This document shows positions 1-10,588 of a DNA stretch of 64,000 nt, in pieces. Every line of letters begins with the position of its first letter. Within the stretch, counting starts at the first letter, position 1. Below the pieces are notes generated by a model that worked only from the letters and a program-made list of their open reading frames with translations, had not been told where the DNA came from and ran no database searches. Position numbers and translations under genes: made by a program. The stretch lies in assembly GCA_965222375.1 (NCBI GenBank), contig CBDCTZ010000013.1, positions 704,001-768,000 of the forward strand, in the 5' to 3' direction. The stretch is from Polyangiaceae bacterium. Lineage in GTDB: Bacteria > Myxococcota_A > Polyangia > Polyangiales > Polyangiaceae.

Positions 1-1
1 C

Positions 2-1288
2 GGCAAGGCCCAGGGGTTGCTTGCGGAAGGCAAGGGCGAAGAAGCCCTCGCCATGTTCCGCGAGGCGTTCAACAACGGGGGTGCAGGTGTCTCGCGCTCG
101 CTCTTGAACCACGCCTCCGTCGCTCTACCCAAGAGCGACGGTCCCTGCACCGTGACCGGGCTATCGCGTCCACGCCCCTTCGACGTCGTCGTGATGACCT
201 CGCGCCCGACCTTGGCGTTGAACGCCCTCGGCCCCATCGCCGTGTGGGTCGACAACAGTCAAGACAAGGCCAAGCGTCAGGCTTTTTCGGCTGTCTTGGA
301 CCAACCGCTGCGACGTGTCAGCCCGTTGCGCTCGGTGACGCCTGAAGCGGACTCGGTGCGCCACCCGCAACTCCTGGCAGCTGGCGACAAGCTCGCGCTA
401 ATCTACTGGGACGGCGCGGGCAAAGAGCCTGGTGTGTACGTGCGCATGCTCGAAGGTGATGGCCGCATCGCGAGCCGCGCACGACGCCTCTCGGGCGTGC
501 ACCGCCACGAGTTCTACCCGGCTTTGGCGCGTGCGAAGGACGGCACGTTTTGGGCAGTGTGGGAGGAGAAGCTCGACAAAGGGGCAGACCTCGTCGCGCG
601 GCACCTCAACGCCGCGGGAGAGCCCTTGGGCGGGGCGGTGCGCTTGACGGCGCTGGCTCCGGGCAAGCTGGGCGCCAGCGAGGCGAGCAAACCCGACATC
701 GCCTTGGACGGCACCCACATGAACATCGTGTTCAGCTTGGAACGCTCCAAGAAGAAAAAGCGGATCATGCTGCTGCGGATCGCGACGGACGATCCCGCTC
801 TGAAATCCGGCGTCAGCACCAAGCCAGATCCGAAGAAGAGGCGGCGAAGGAAGGAAGACCGCATCATAGGGAAAATGACGCCCGTGAGTGCGAGCCACGG
901 CAAGAACGCACAGCCCCGCATCAGTTGTGGCAAGGAGGGCTGTTTCGTCGTTTGGGACGACGAGGCCGCGGGTGCTCTGGCAGCGTTCATCAACCCGGCC
1001 AAGGGCGATGTGCTCTGGCACAAGGAGTTTTCCCGCAAGGGTGCCCGACCCGCGGTCGCCAGCGGAGACTCGGGCACTGCGGTTGCCTGGTACAAGAAGT
1101 CCCGAGTCAAGCTGGCTCGAATCAACCGTGACGGACTCTCCAACCCGACGACCATTGCCCGCGTCGGGGGCTACCAACCGTACCCGGCCATCGTGGCGGG
1201 TGACAAACCTGGGGACTGGTACGTATCCTGGCGCGACTACGAAGCGGGCCATCTGGAAGCCTTCATCGTTCGGGCGAGATGCGAATGA
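2..1288 (+). CDS. Hypothetical protein, 5'-truncated by the window edge; repeated beta-strand/propeller-like segments
   Basis: Frame is open from position 2. Repeated 'P-x-hydrophobic...VVW' blades (HPQLL, YPALA, KPDIA, QPRIS, RPAVA, YPAIV). Confidence 0.6.
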   Translation, partial: GKAQGLLAEGKGEEALAMFREAFNNGGAGVSRSLLNHASVALPKSDGPCTVTGLSRPRPFDVVVMTSRPTLALNALGPIAVWVDNSQDKAKRQAFSAVLDQPLRRVSPLRSVTPEADSVRHPQLLAAGDKLALIYWDGAGKEPGVYVRMLEGDGRIASRARRLSGVHRHEFYPALARAKDGTFWAVWEEKLDKGADLVARHLNAAGEPLGGAVRLTALAPGKLGASEASKPDIALDGTHMNIVFSLERSKKKKRIMLLRIATDDPALKSGVSTKPDPKKRRRRKEDRIIGKMTPVSASHGKNAQPRISCGKEGCFVVWDDEAAGALAAFINPAKGDVLWHKEFSRKGARPAVASGDSGTAVAWYKKSRVKLARINRDGLSNPTTIARVGGYQPYPAIVAGDKPGDWYVSWRDYEAGHLEAFIVRARCE

Positions 1289-1914
1289 GTCGGTCAGAAC
1301 CAGCGCCCGCCCAGGGCGCGGCGGAAAGCATGCCTGCGCCGCAGATGCTGAGCATTCCTTCGCGAGCGGAGCTGCGTCGTGCCCCGTTAGAAACCCACCG
1401 CCTGGTACTCCTACCGATAGAACCCGTGGACGGCCCGGAACTGTGGGAGGCCGTCGACGGTTCGCGTTGGCACCTGGAGCGTTGGCTGCCCTGGGTACCG
1501 TTCAGCAACACGCCCGAGGCGAGCCTGCGCTATGCCGAAGCATGTGTTGCGGACTGGGACACAGGACGCGCAGTGCGTTTGGCCATCCGAGATCGCCAGA
1601 CCCGGCAGCTCCACGGCGTGGTTGGCCTGGACTCCTGCATTCATCTGCATCGTTCCTGCGAACTGGGCTACTGGCTACGCCGGGAGGCCACGGGTCGCGG
1701 TTTGATGACGGAGGCAGCTCGCGCGTGCATGGAGTTCGCATTTCGGCGCATGGGTATTCACCGGATGCGCTGCGCGGCGGCAACTGACAACCATGCAAGC
1801 CTGCGAGTGATTGCGCGACTTGATTTTCGCTTCGAGGGAATTGCACGCCAGGCCGAATATGTCGGCAGCCGCTGGCTCGACCACGCCGTGTTTTCGCGGC
1901 TGGCCTCGGATTGA
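1285..1914 (+). CDS. GNAT N-acetyltransferase, RimJ/RimL family
   Basis: LETHRLVL, ELGYWL, GRGLMTEA, NHASLRV, FRFEG motifs; ATG overlaps the upstream stop codon. Confidence 0.85.
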   Translation: MSRSEPAPAQGAAESMPAPQMLSIPSRAELRRAPLETHRLVLLPIEPVDGPELWEAVDGSRWHLERWLPWVPFSNTPEASLRYAEACVADWDTGRAVRLAIRDRQTRQLHGVVGLDSCIHLHRSCELGYWLRREATGRGLMTEAARACMEFAFRRMGIHRMRCAAATDNHASLRVIARLDFRFEGIARQAEYVGSRWLDHAVFSRLASD

Positions 1915-1927
1915 AAGGCGGGCAGCC

Positions 1928-3373
1928 GTGGCCCCGGCCGCCCACCGCGAGCGTGCATCGAGCTTCGTCACGCCTGCGCCACTCATCGTGGTCAGCGTCG
2001 CGATCTTCGCAGCGCTCGCAGTCACTGGGATGGGGCTGCTGGAGCTTCAGAGTGCCAGCGACACGCAGCTAGCGCTGCGAGCTCAGGCGCTGAGCCAGAG
2101 CCTCGCTCCGCGATTGGCTGCGGCCACCACGAATCGCGCCGATATCGTGGCCCGCAGCGCGGCGCGCAGCAACAGTCGCCTGTGGCTGCTGAGCTCTGAC
2201 CGGCAAGTGCTTTCGGGCAAGGAACCCCTCAGTGACGCTCAGGTCGCTCGCATGCTGCGAGAGGCCCAAGGAGAGATTGATCTCGGCGGCACCACTCACT
2301 TTTTTGGAAGTGCCCCCGTGGGCCGCCACGACACGGTCGTCGCCGCAGTGGCGGCAGCGCGACCGCCACCTGCGTCGCAGTCGCTAGTCGGGAGCGTCGC
2401 CGCCCTCGCCGCGCTACTCGTGGGCATGGCGGGGCTGGTTGCCCTTGCGGTGGTGCGAGACGTACGCGCAGACGTGGGCTACTTGCAGCGGCGCGTGAGC
2501 GACATGTCCCGGGCGGGGAGTGGCCCCACGGGGGAACTCATTTCCGTACGCTCCGTGGATCAGGTCGGGTTGCTCACGAGCGCATTCAACGCACTCGTCG
2601 AGCGCTTCTCCGCGGCAGGCCGCGCCTATCGCCAGGACCTGGAACTCGCCGTCACCGCCGATCGACAACGCGCTACCTTCTTGGCGGCCCTGAGTCACGA
2701 GCTGCGCACGCCCCTAAACGCCATTCTCGGCTTCACGGACGTCCTTCTGGCAGAAGTCGACGGCCCACTCTCCGCAGACGCCCAAGAGAACCTGTTGGTC
2801 GTGCGCAATAGCGGGCATCACCTTCGAGCGTTGATCGACGACATCTTGGATCTTTCCGCGCTGGAGTCCGGTGAGTTAGAGCTCGCGCCCAAGGAGATCG
2901 ATCTCTTTCCGATCGCCGAGGAAGTGGTCAAAGAGCTCGGCGTCACCGCCCAGGCCAAAGGCGTCGCCTTGATCTTGGAGGGTGAACCGACGACCGCCTG
3001 GGCGGATCCGAAACGCGTCCGCCAGATCCTGACCAATGTGCTGAGCAATGCCGTCAAGTTCACCAACGAAGGAACCGTGACCTTGGATATCTTCGGCGAA
3101 CCCAGCTGGGCGCGCCTGTGTGTTACCGACACGGGGCCGGGCATCGCGTCTGAGCACCAGAGCGCGATTTTCGACGAATACAAGCAAGTAGGTGATAGCC
3201 GCGCCCGGGGCTTCGGAACAGGACTCGGCCTAGCGATCACCCGCCGCCTGGTTCAGATGCACAGCGGCAGCATCGAAGTCGAAAGCTCCGTCGGAGTCGG
3301 CAGCTCCTTCACTATCTTCTTGCCTCGTGCGCCTCAGGCCGAAACAACCACAGCCGAGGAGGATATGTGGTGA
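1928..3373 (+). CDS. Membrane sensor histidine kinase (HAMP-HisKA-HATPase)
   Basis: H-box SHELRTPLNAI, N-box NVLSNAVKFT, DTGPGI, GTGLGL; two hydrophobic segments. Start codon uncertain (GTG at 1928 chosen). Confidence 0.9.
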   Translation: MAPAAHRERASSFVTPAPLIVVSVAIFAALAVTGMGLLELQSASDTQLALRAQALSQSLAPRLAAATTNRADIVARSAARSNSRLWLLSSDRQVLSGKEPLSDAQVARMLREAQGEIDLGGTTHFFGSAPVGRHDTVVAAVAAARPPPASQSLVGSVAALAALLVGMAGLVALAVVRDVRADVGYLQRRVSDMSRAGSGPTGELISVRSVDQVGLLTSAFNALVERFSAAGRAYRQDLELAVTADRQRATFLAALSHELRTPLNAILGFTDVLLAEVDGPLSADAQENLLVVRNSGHHLRALIDDILDLSALESGELELAPKEIDLFPIAEEVVKELGVTAQAKGVALILEGEPTTAWADPKRVRQILTNVLSNAVKFTNEGTVTLDIFGEPSWARLCVTDTGPGIASEHQSAIFDEYKQVGDSRARGFGTGLGLAITRRLVQMHSGSIEVESSVGVGSSFTIFLPRAPQAETTTAEEDMW

Positions 3374-5247
3374 AGACTCCTCTGCGGCGCATGACAACAC
3401 TTGTCGTCGGCTGGCAGGCGCTGTTCGCTCTGGGCACAGCCATGGCGATGGCGCTGGTGCCTCGTCTCATGCTGCTCGAGGGCGCTCCCGCGTCCCAGGC
3501 CGCCCGCGGACTGCTTTCGGCAATCGCCTTGGGGAGCTTGGTCAGCATCGCGCACACGGTGTGGCTGCTCAGCCGACACCGAGCACTGCTCGACGCGTTG
3601 GCGGCGGAAGACACTCCCTCGCCTCGTGACCAAGTTCGCGCGCTGTCTGAAGACGTTTTTCGAATCACTTTCGGGTTCTTGATGCCACCCCTACTGTTGC
3701 TTACGGGGTTCTGCACGATTCTGAAGCCACCTCTGCTGGATCCACGCACCGCCTGGAGCGTCGGACTGCTCGGAATCGTGTTCGTAGCCGCTACGTCGCT
3801 GCCGCTTCACGTGGTGCTCAGGGGTGTGTTCTTTAGGGCCGTCGAATTGGCGGATCCAGACGCCCTGAGTCGCGATGTTGCGGCTCTCGAGCGTAGCGGG
3901 CTACCGCGCCGGCACACTCAGAGCCGCCTACTTCTGGCGGTAGCTCTGCCAGTCGCTTTCGTAACCGTGGGCGCAGCACTGATCGTCAATTCCCACGTGC
4001 ACCGCGCAGAGGAACGCGTGCGGCAGCAGACCGCGAGAGCGTTGGCTCAAGTCGCTTTCGATTTACCCACAGAAGCGCCTGGGACCGACCAAGCAATCGA
4101 GCGCGCGCATTCTCTCGGCTTCAACGTGCGCGTGTTCGAAACGTCACGACCCGATCGCACCATCAAGAACGAACACGGCATCGTGGCTGTTTCCTTGCCT
4201 CTGGAGAACGGCGGCGCACGCGTTCACTTCGAGGGTTCGAATGTGGAAGTGTTGTCTTGGCCCTCGGTTGCTCTAGTGGTACTGGCATTGCTCATGGCGA
4301 CGGTGCTGGGCGGACTGTTTTCCCGCGCGGTCAGCCGCGATCTGGCAGTCGCGACCCGCGGTATCCGCCTGCTCGGCACAGAAGCCATCATGAGCGGCGG
4401 CACGCGCGTCATGCGCCCGGCCCGGTTCCGAGAGATCCGTAGCTTGGGCCTCGCAATCGACAAGGTGGCCGATCGCTTCCGCGTATTCGCGCGGGCCCAA
4501 GAGCGAGCCATTGCTGCGCGAGAACGCGCCGCACGTATGCGCGGCATGTTTTTCGCGAGTGTCAGTCACGACTTGAAAAGCCCCCTCAATGCCATCTTGG
4601 GGTTCACGGAAATCGTGCGCCAAACCGAACCTTTGACCGAAGAGCAACTCGAAAGCGTCGAGGTCCTGAACAGCTCCGGACGCGAACTACTCGCGTTGAT
4701 CGAAACGATCCTCGACGCCGCGAGGGTCGAAGCAAACCAGCTGGAGCTGCAACGCGAACGGCTCAAGATGTCCGAACTGATTTCCGACAGCGTGACCAAG
4801 GGTGATGACCTGGGTGGCGGCCGAGCCGTTGAGGTCGTAACCCAGGTTCGGGAAGACTTGCCCGACGTGTACGTGGACCCGACTCGCATGTCCCGCGCAC
4901 TCGCTACATTGATTGGACACGCGGTGCGCAGCGCGGAGCGCGACTACGCCCGCATGCGGGTGTTGCCAAGTCGCACTGGAGGCGTCCGCATCGACCTCGA
5001 AGTCCCGAGCACGCGGGTGCGGTCGAAAGAGCTGGCCTCTCTGCTCGACTCCAAGCGCGCACCCGGCCGAAGTGAGCACCGCGGCCTGGCCCTGGGCCTT
5101 GGCTTGGCCCGGGCTATCGTCGATCTGCACGGCGGCAGCATCGTTGTTGGCGATCGAGGTGAAAAAGGAAGCGTGCTTACGGTACGTCTGCCACCGGCCG
5201 ACGAGCACGAGCCGTCGGCCGCAGCCGAGCCAAAGGAAGACAACTAA
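3367..5247 (+). CDS. Multi-TM sensor histidine kinase with a degenerate ATPase domain
   Basis: SHDLKSPLNAI H-box and GLALGL; N-box altered to TLIGHAVRS; no clear G1 box. Confidence 0.8.
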   Translation: MVKTPLRRMTTLVVGWQALFALGTAMAMALVPRLMLLEGAPASQAARGLLSAIALGSLVSIAHTVWLLSRHRALLDALAAEDTPSPRDQVRALSEDVFRITFGFLMPPLLLLTGFCTILKPPLLDPRTAWSVGLLGIVFVAATSLPLHVVLRGVFFRAVELADPDALSRDVAALERSGLPRRHTQSRLLLAVALPVAFVTVGAALIVNSHVHRAEERVRQQTARALAQVAFDLPTEAPGTDQAIERAHSLGFNVRVFETSRPDRTIKNEHGIVAVSLPLENGGARVHFEGSNVEVLSWPSVALVVLALLMATVLGGLFSRAVSRDLAVATRGIRLLGTEAIMSGGTRVMRPARFREIRSLGLAIDKVADRFRVFARAQERAIAARERAARMRGMFFASVSHDLKSPLNAILGFTEIVRQTEPLTEEQLESVEVLNSSGRELLALIETILDAARVEANQLELQRERLKMSELISDSVTKGDDLGGGRAVEVVTQVREDLPDVYVDPTRMSRALATLIGHAVRSAERDYARMRVLPSRTGGVRIDLEVPSTRVRSKELASLLDSKRAPGRSEHRGLALGLGLARAIVDLHGGSIVVGDRGEKGSVLTVRLPPADEHEPSAAAEPKEDN

Positions 5248-5270
5248 CCCTCGGGAACTGCACGCGTGAT

Positions 5271-6704
5271 ATGCAGGCTGGCATGAGCGTGTTCGACGAA
5301 AACGACCTCACCGCGCTGGCGCAGTTGGTTCGCAGCAAGGCTGTATCCCCGCTGGAACTCGTAGACGAGAGCATACGGCGCATCGAAGAGCTCAACCCGA
5401 AACTCAACGCCGTCATCATTCCGATGTACGACGCCGCGCGAGAGGCGGCTCGAGCGCCGGTCACCGGGCCCTTCGCCGGCGTGCCCTATCTAATTAAAGA
5501 CATCTTGGCACAGATCAAGGGCGTTCGTTACACCGGCGGCTCGCGCCTGCTGAAAGACCACGTCTCGAGCGATGATTCCGAGCTGGTCGCCCGATTGCGA
5601 CGCGCGGGGCTGATCTTCGTCGGCAAGACGAATACGCCGGAGTTCGGTTTCCTGCCCACGACGGAACCCATTCTGCACGGCGCATCCAAGAACCCGTGGT
5701 CCCTGGAGCACACCACGGGTGGTTCGAGTGGCGGCAGCGCAGCCGCCGTGGCCGCGAGGATACTGCCCGCCGCCCACGCCAACGACGGCGGCGGTTCCAT
5801 TCGCATCCCTGCGTCGTGTTGCGGGCTGTTCGGTCTCAAGCCCACCCGTGGACGCAACTCTCTCGGCCCCGATCTCGGCGACATCATGGGCGGTTTAGTG
5901 TGCGAGCACGCAGTGACGGTGTCGGTCCGGGACAGCGCCCTTTTGCTGGACTGCACTCATGGCCCGAGCCCCGGGGACCCCTACTACGCGGCCCCGCCGA
6001 AGCGGCCTTACGTAGGGGAGCTCGAGACCTCGCCGGGAAAGCTCCGCATTGCAGTCAGCACTAACGCGCTGAACGGGGTCGACGTGCATCCTGACTGCCT
6101 AGCAGCAGTCGAAGACGCGGCGAAACTCTGTACCGAGCTCGGACACGAGGTCTTCGAAGCCGAGCTGCCCGTTTCCGGCGACATGTTCGCGCACGCCTTT
6201 GGCGTCTTGTGGACCGCAGGCGCTGCGCTCACTCTCGACGGCACTGCGATGCTTACGGGTCTTTCCCCAACCAAAGAAAACATCGAGCCCCTCAGCTATG
6301 CCTTGGCCGAAGCGGGCCGCGCGCATTCGGCGTCCAGCTACCTCATGGCTGTGGCGCTCCTCCAGCGACTATGCCGAGCCATCGGACGTTTCATGGAAGG
6401 CCACGACGTGCTGCTGTCGCCCGTGCTTGCGGAGCCACCCGTTGGCCTCGGCAGCTTCGACGTCACTGAGGACAACCCCATGGCAGGACTGGTGCGTGCC
6501 GCCCAGTTCGCACCCTTCACGCCGGTCCAGAACGCGACGGGAGAGCCAGCCATGAGCGTGCCGCTGTATTGGAATTCGGAGGGGCTGCCCATCGGCGTGC
6601 AGTTTGCCGGCCGTTACGGCGACGAAGCCACACTGTTTCGTTTGGCGGCTCAGCTGGAACAAGCCCGCCCCTGGGCCAACAAGAAACCACCGATCAGCCT
6701 GTGA
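5271..6704 (+). CDS. Amidase (amidase signature family)
   Basis: [48 protein letters not shown]. Confidence 0.95.
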   Translation: MQAGMSVFDENDLTALAQLVRSKAVSPLELVDESIRRIEELNPKLNAVIIPMYDAAREAARAPVTGPFAGVPYLIKDILAQIKGVRYTGGSRLLKDHVSSDDSELVARLRRAGLIFVGKTNTPEFGFLPTTEPILHGASKNPWSLEHTTGGSSGGSAAAVAARILPAAHANDGGGSIRIPASCCGLFGLKPTRGRNSLGPDLGDIMGGLVCEHAVTVSVRDSALLLDCTHGPSPGDPYYAAPPKRPYVGELETSPGKLRIAVSTNALNGVDVHPDCLAAVEDAAKLCTELGHEVFEAELPVSGDMFAHAFGVLWTAGAALTLDGTAMLTGLSPTKENIEPLSYALAEAGRAHSASSYLMAVALLQRLCRAIGRFMEGHDVLLSPVLAEPPVGLGSFDVTEDNPMAGLVRAAQFAPFTPVQNATGEPAMSVPLYWNSEGLPIGVQFAGRYGDEATLFRLAAQLEQARPWANKKPPISL

Positions 6705-7717
6705 CCGAGTACGCCGGACCCCTGCCCTGCCTGGGCTGCATGGGCGCCAAGCCCGAAGCCTCGGCGCGAGCCGTGGCGCAGCAAGGAGCATCGCCCCACA
6801 GCGGCGGCCTCCTCGACGCACCGCTGCCGGCCATCGACGACGAAGAGGGAGCCCGCATCCCCGACGGCTTGCCGCCGGTGGTCGACGGCCACGTACATGT
6901 ATTCCCGGACCGACTCTTCGAAGCCATCTGGGCATGGTTTGGCCAGTATGGCTGGCCCATTCGCTACCGCCTCCGAGCCCTGGAGGTCATCGACTTCCAA
7001 CTCAGCCGAGGAGTGGAACATGTCGTCGCCCTGACCTACGCGCACAAACCCGGCATCGCTCGAGCGCTCAACGATTTCGTGGTCGAGCTGTGCCGACAGC
7101 GATCCCAGGTGCTGGGCTGCGCCACGGTTTTCCCGGGGGAGCCGCACGTCGCGGAGATCCTCGGCGATGCTTTTCGCCAGGGGCTGCGCGGGGTGAAGCT
7201 TCACTGCCATGTGCAGTGCATGAGTATCGACGACCCGAAACTGGCGCCGGTATTCGAAACCTGCGTTACCCACGACCGTCCCCTGGTGGTGCATGCCGGC
7301 CGCGAACCCGCGAGCCCAGGCTATCGCTGCGACCCCCACGAGCTATGCAGTGCAGACCGGGTCGATCGCGTGCTTCGCGAAAACCCCAAGCTGAGACTCG
7401 TCGTTCCCCACCTGGGCGCTGACGAGTTCGACGCATACTCGTCGCTGATGGAGCGCCATCCGAACCTATTCCTCGACACCACCATGGCCATCGGCGGCTA
7501 CTTCCCGACGCGCGTGCCCTGGGATCTCGTCGAGGCATTTCCCGGACGCATCGCGTACGGAACAGATTTTCCAAACGTGCCCTTCGCCTGGGATCGCGAA
7601 CTGCGTTGTCTCTTGGAGCGCAAGCTCTCGCCGGAAAGTCGCACTGCCTTGTTGGGGGGCACAGCGAAATCCCTGTTCCTTGCCTTGGACGAGACCGGCG
7701 CCCTGGGGCCAGAGTAG
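6701..7717 (+). CDS. Metal-dependent amidohydrolase (Amidohydro_2-like)
   Basis: DGHVH, GVKLH, VVHAG, VPHLG, YGTDFP; GTG overlaps the amidase stop codon. Confidence 0.85.
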   Translation: MTEYAGPLPCLGCMGAKPEASARAVAQQGASPHSGGLLDAPLPAIDDEEGARIPDGLPPVVDGHVHVFPDRLFEAIWAWFGQYGWPIRYRLRALEVIDFQLSRGVEHVVALTYAHKPGIARALNDFVVELCRQRSQVLGCATVFPGEPHVAEILGDAFRQGLRGVKLHCHVQCMSIDDPKLAPVFETCVTHDRPLVVHAGREPASPGYRCDPHELCSADRVDRVLRENPKLRLVVPHLGADEFDAYSSLMERHPNLFLDTTMAIGGYFPTRVPWDLVEAFPGRIAYGTDFPNVPFAWDRELRCLLERKLSPESRTALLGGTAKSLFLALDETGALGPE

Positions 7718-7904
7718 CTTGGGTTTGGATGGCAACAGAGCTGCGTATGCGTCTCACGGCCGCGGCGCGAGGGCTCTGGCCCGTGGGGGCGCGGGGGTGC
7801 GCTCGGACGCGGGCTCAGCTGTCGTTCCGTGTTGCCAGCGCGTGAATGAGAGTCCTTGAGAGGTGCACTTGCCGGTTGAGCCCTCGGGATCCGTGGCGCC
7901 GTGT

Positions 7905-9362
7905 TCAGCGCGAAACGACGATGTAGGTGCCCTTGCCGAGAGGGCCGAGGGGCGCGGCACCGTTCCAACCCTTGGGCAACTTGGGGTCCGTCCAGCCAAA
8001 CAAGTAGCGCCCGTCCTCCGGTGACAAGTTCACACAACCCGCACTCATCGGCTGTCCGAAATCCTCGTGCCAATACGCGGTATGCAACGCGAAGGGCGCA
8101 TTGAAGTACTGAGTGTAGGGAACGTCGGCGATCCAGAAGCTGCGATTCTCGCCAGTCTCCGGGCTCATGGTCGCAGCGTGGTGCTTGAAGGTCACCCGGT
8201 ACACGCCCATGGGCGTGGTGCTCATCTTCACGGGGTTCTTGCCTTTGATGGGTACGCCGCCGGCCCCGGGGGATTGCAAAGTAGCATAGACCGGATTGAG
8301 CCCTTCATAGGCAACCAAAGTGCCGTTAGTGATGCTGATGAGAACCCACTTGGTCCCCGGCGCCACGCCGATCGGCAGTTTCTCGCGCTGGCGAATCACG
8401 GTGGCGTCCGTCTCCTTGGTCCATAGCTGCCGGCCTCTGGCGTCCTTGGTCCGAGTGGGCAGGTAGCTGCTGCGCCCGGCCCGCACGGACTCCGCGCCAT
8501 CCTGCAGAGCTACGAACGAACGCACCGGGAACTGCTCGGAGGTCGCTTCGAACCGGTCCTCGGCGACGCGCACGAACTTGGGGCGAGCCTTCGCCCGGAA
8601 AAAAGCGATGGGAAGTTGGACGCTCTTGCCCAGTGGAGTGCCCCGGAACTGACTGACGCGAAAGGGTCGGATGCGATCCGCAGGAACTGCCGTGCCGTCC
8701 GCGCTGAGCACGAAGGTGCGACCCGCGTGGGAAAAGGCCCGCGTGTACGCCAGCATGGATCCGTGCGGGATCATGCGGCGCTTGAGGCTCAAGGCTTTTT
8801 CGCGGCCAATGGAACCGCCGTCTGCGAAAAACCACGGCTTGGGATGGCTCGGAGCGATGTTGCGCACCTCCGCCAGCTTTTCGTGGCCGCGGTTGCCCCA
8901 GGATTGGGGTCGGAAGCTGCCGGCCTTGCCCAGGAAGCGCTCCTGTTTCTCCCACTCGGATCGACTGGGGAGACGCCGGTACATGGGCGTGCCGTTGGAC
9001 AGTGCGAAGGAAAAGGGCATCAAACCCGGTCGGGTCTGGGCGAGCTGCATACCCTTGAGGTAGCGACCGGTGCGCTCCAGGGAAACCGTGCGGTCTTTGC
9101 ATACCCAGCCGAAAGGCTCCACGGGCAGAAACTCTTCAGCACACCCAAGCCCCCGCACGGGTGCCTCCTTTCGAAGGCGCACGGCTTCGCCCACGCGTAC
9201 GTAGCCCAAACGACGCTTGCTACGAGCGGGCTTGGCGTAGATCCAGGTCGTGTACCCCTTGCTGAACAGCTCCTGAGCGCCTGCCTTGGGCTTGGCGGTC
9301 GCAACGCAGGGCACTGCGGCGACGAGAGTCGCCAAAAGCGCCGCCACGGCCGTCGTCCGCAT
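7905..9362 (-). CDS. L,D-transpeptidase family protein (YkuD), secreted
   Basis: Signal peptide; C-terminal ALHTAYWHEDFGQPMSAGCVNLS catalytic motif. Confidence 0.85.
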   Translation of the reverse strand: MRTTAVAALLATLVAAVPCVATAKPKAGAQELFSKGYTTWIYAKPARSKRRLGYVRVGEAVRLRKEAPVRGLGCAEEFLPVEPFGWVCKDRTVSLERTGRYLKGMQLAQTRPGLMPFSFALSNGTPMYRRLPSRSEWEKQERFLGKAGSFRPQSWGNRGHEKLAEVRNIAPSHPKPWFFADGGSIGREKALSLKRRMIPHGSMLAYTRAFSHAGRTFVLSADGTAVPADRIRPFRVSQFRGTPLGKSVQLPIAFFRAKARPKFVRVAEDRFEATSEQFPVRSFVALQDGAESVRAGRSSYLPTRTKDARGRQLWTKETDATVIRQREKLPIGVAPGTKWVLISITNGTLVAYEGLNPVYATLQSPGAGGVPIKGKNPVKMSTTPMGVYRVTFKHHAATMSPETGENRSFWIADVPYTQYFNAPFALHTAYWHEDFGQPMSAGCVNLSPEDGRYLFGWTDPKLPKGWNGAAPLGPLGKGTYIVVSR

Positions 9363-9454
9363 GCCAACCACCGTGCCCTAGGGCCCAGCGCGGTTCAAGG
9401 GTGGGGCCTGACGACCCGACCAGGACGCCTCGATTGTTGTAGAGTCCGCGCGAG

Positions 9455-10513
9455 ATGGCAGCATCAAAACAAGGAGCCGCGGAGCCAGCCGACCTGGGCC
9501 GAGTGATCGGAGGCGGCCCCGGCGGTGACGATGAGCGGTTTGATCGCTTGTTCCGCCCCAAGACCCTCGACGACTTCGTGGGCCAGGCGAAACACAAGGG
9601 GAACCTAAAGGTCTACGTGGAGGCGGCCAGACGGCGCTCGGAACCCCTCGACCACCTGCTGCTGTGCGGCCCACCGGGCCTGGGCAAGACGACTCTGGCC
9701 CACGTTCTTGCCAACGAAATGGGAGTCAATCTGTCCATCACCAGCGGCCCCGCCGTGGAGCACAAAGGCGCACTCACGGGCCTGCTGACACGCCTCGAAC
9801 GCGGGGACATCCTTTTCATCGACGAGATCCATCGCCTGAGTGCCGTCGTAGAGGAGTCTCTGTATCCAGCCATCGAGGACTTTCGCATGGACCTCATGGT
9901 GGGAGATGGTGCGTTCGCCGAAAGCATCCCCATGGACCTGAAGCCTTTCACCCTCGTGGCGGCCACCACGCGCACGGGCCTGCTCACCAAGCCCCTGCAA
10001 GAGCGCTTCGGAATCACTCTACGCTTGGACTACTACCCGGTGGACGACTTGAAGCGCATCATCCTGCGCAGTGCCAAGCTCCTCGGCGTCCCCTGTGAGG
10101 AGCAAGGCGCTCGGGCGCTCGCGGAGCGCGCTCGGGGCACACCACGCGTGGCCAACCGACTATTGCGTCGGGTTAGGGATTTCGCGGAGGTGCGCGGTAG
10201 CGGATCCATCGACACGGAAATCGTTCGGGTGGCGTGCGATCACCTCGAAGTGGATTCCGGAGGCCTCGACGAAATGGACCGCCGCCTGCTGATGGTTCTG
10301 ATCGAGCACTACGACGGCGGCCCCGTTGGCGTGGAGACCTTGGCCGCGGCGTTGGCCGAGCCCCGGGACACGATCGAGGATGTCTACGAACCCTACCTGC
10401 TGCAGCAAGGCTTCCTGGGGCGAACGCCGCGGGGCCGCGTGGCGACGAAGCGCGCCTACGAGCACCTCGGTGTGAACGAGCCGACCAACGGCCCCCAAAA
10501 GAGTCTGTTCTGA
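9455..10513 (+). CDS. ruvB: Holliday junction branch migration helicase RuvB
   Basis: GPPGLGKTTLA, FIDEIHRL, ATTRTGLLT, RGTPRVANRLLRRVRDFA, EPYLLQQGFLGRTPRGR. Confidence 0.97.
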   Translation: MAASKQGAAEPADLGRVIGGGPGGDDERFDRLFRPKTLDDFVGQAKHKGNLKVYVEAARRRSEPLDHLLLCGPPGLGKTTLAHVLANEMGVNLSITSGPAVEHKGALTGLLTRLERGDILFIDEIHRLSAVVEESLYPAIEDFRMDLMVGDGAFAESIPMDLKPFTLVAATTRTGLLTKPLQERFGITLRLDYYPVDDLKRIILRSAKLLGVPCEEQGARALAERARGTPRVANRLLRRVRDFAEVRGSGSIDTEIVRVACDHLEVDSGGLDEMDRRLLMVLIEHYDGGPVGVETLAAALAEPRDTIEDVYEPYLLQQGFLGRTPRGRVATKRAYEHLGVNEPTNGPQKSLF

Positions 10514-10588
10514 CCGGCACGCACATCCACTGACATCATTGGACCCACGCCCGGCCCTGCGCTCGTACGGTTCGAGCGACGCGGTGGC

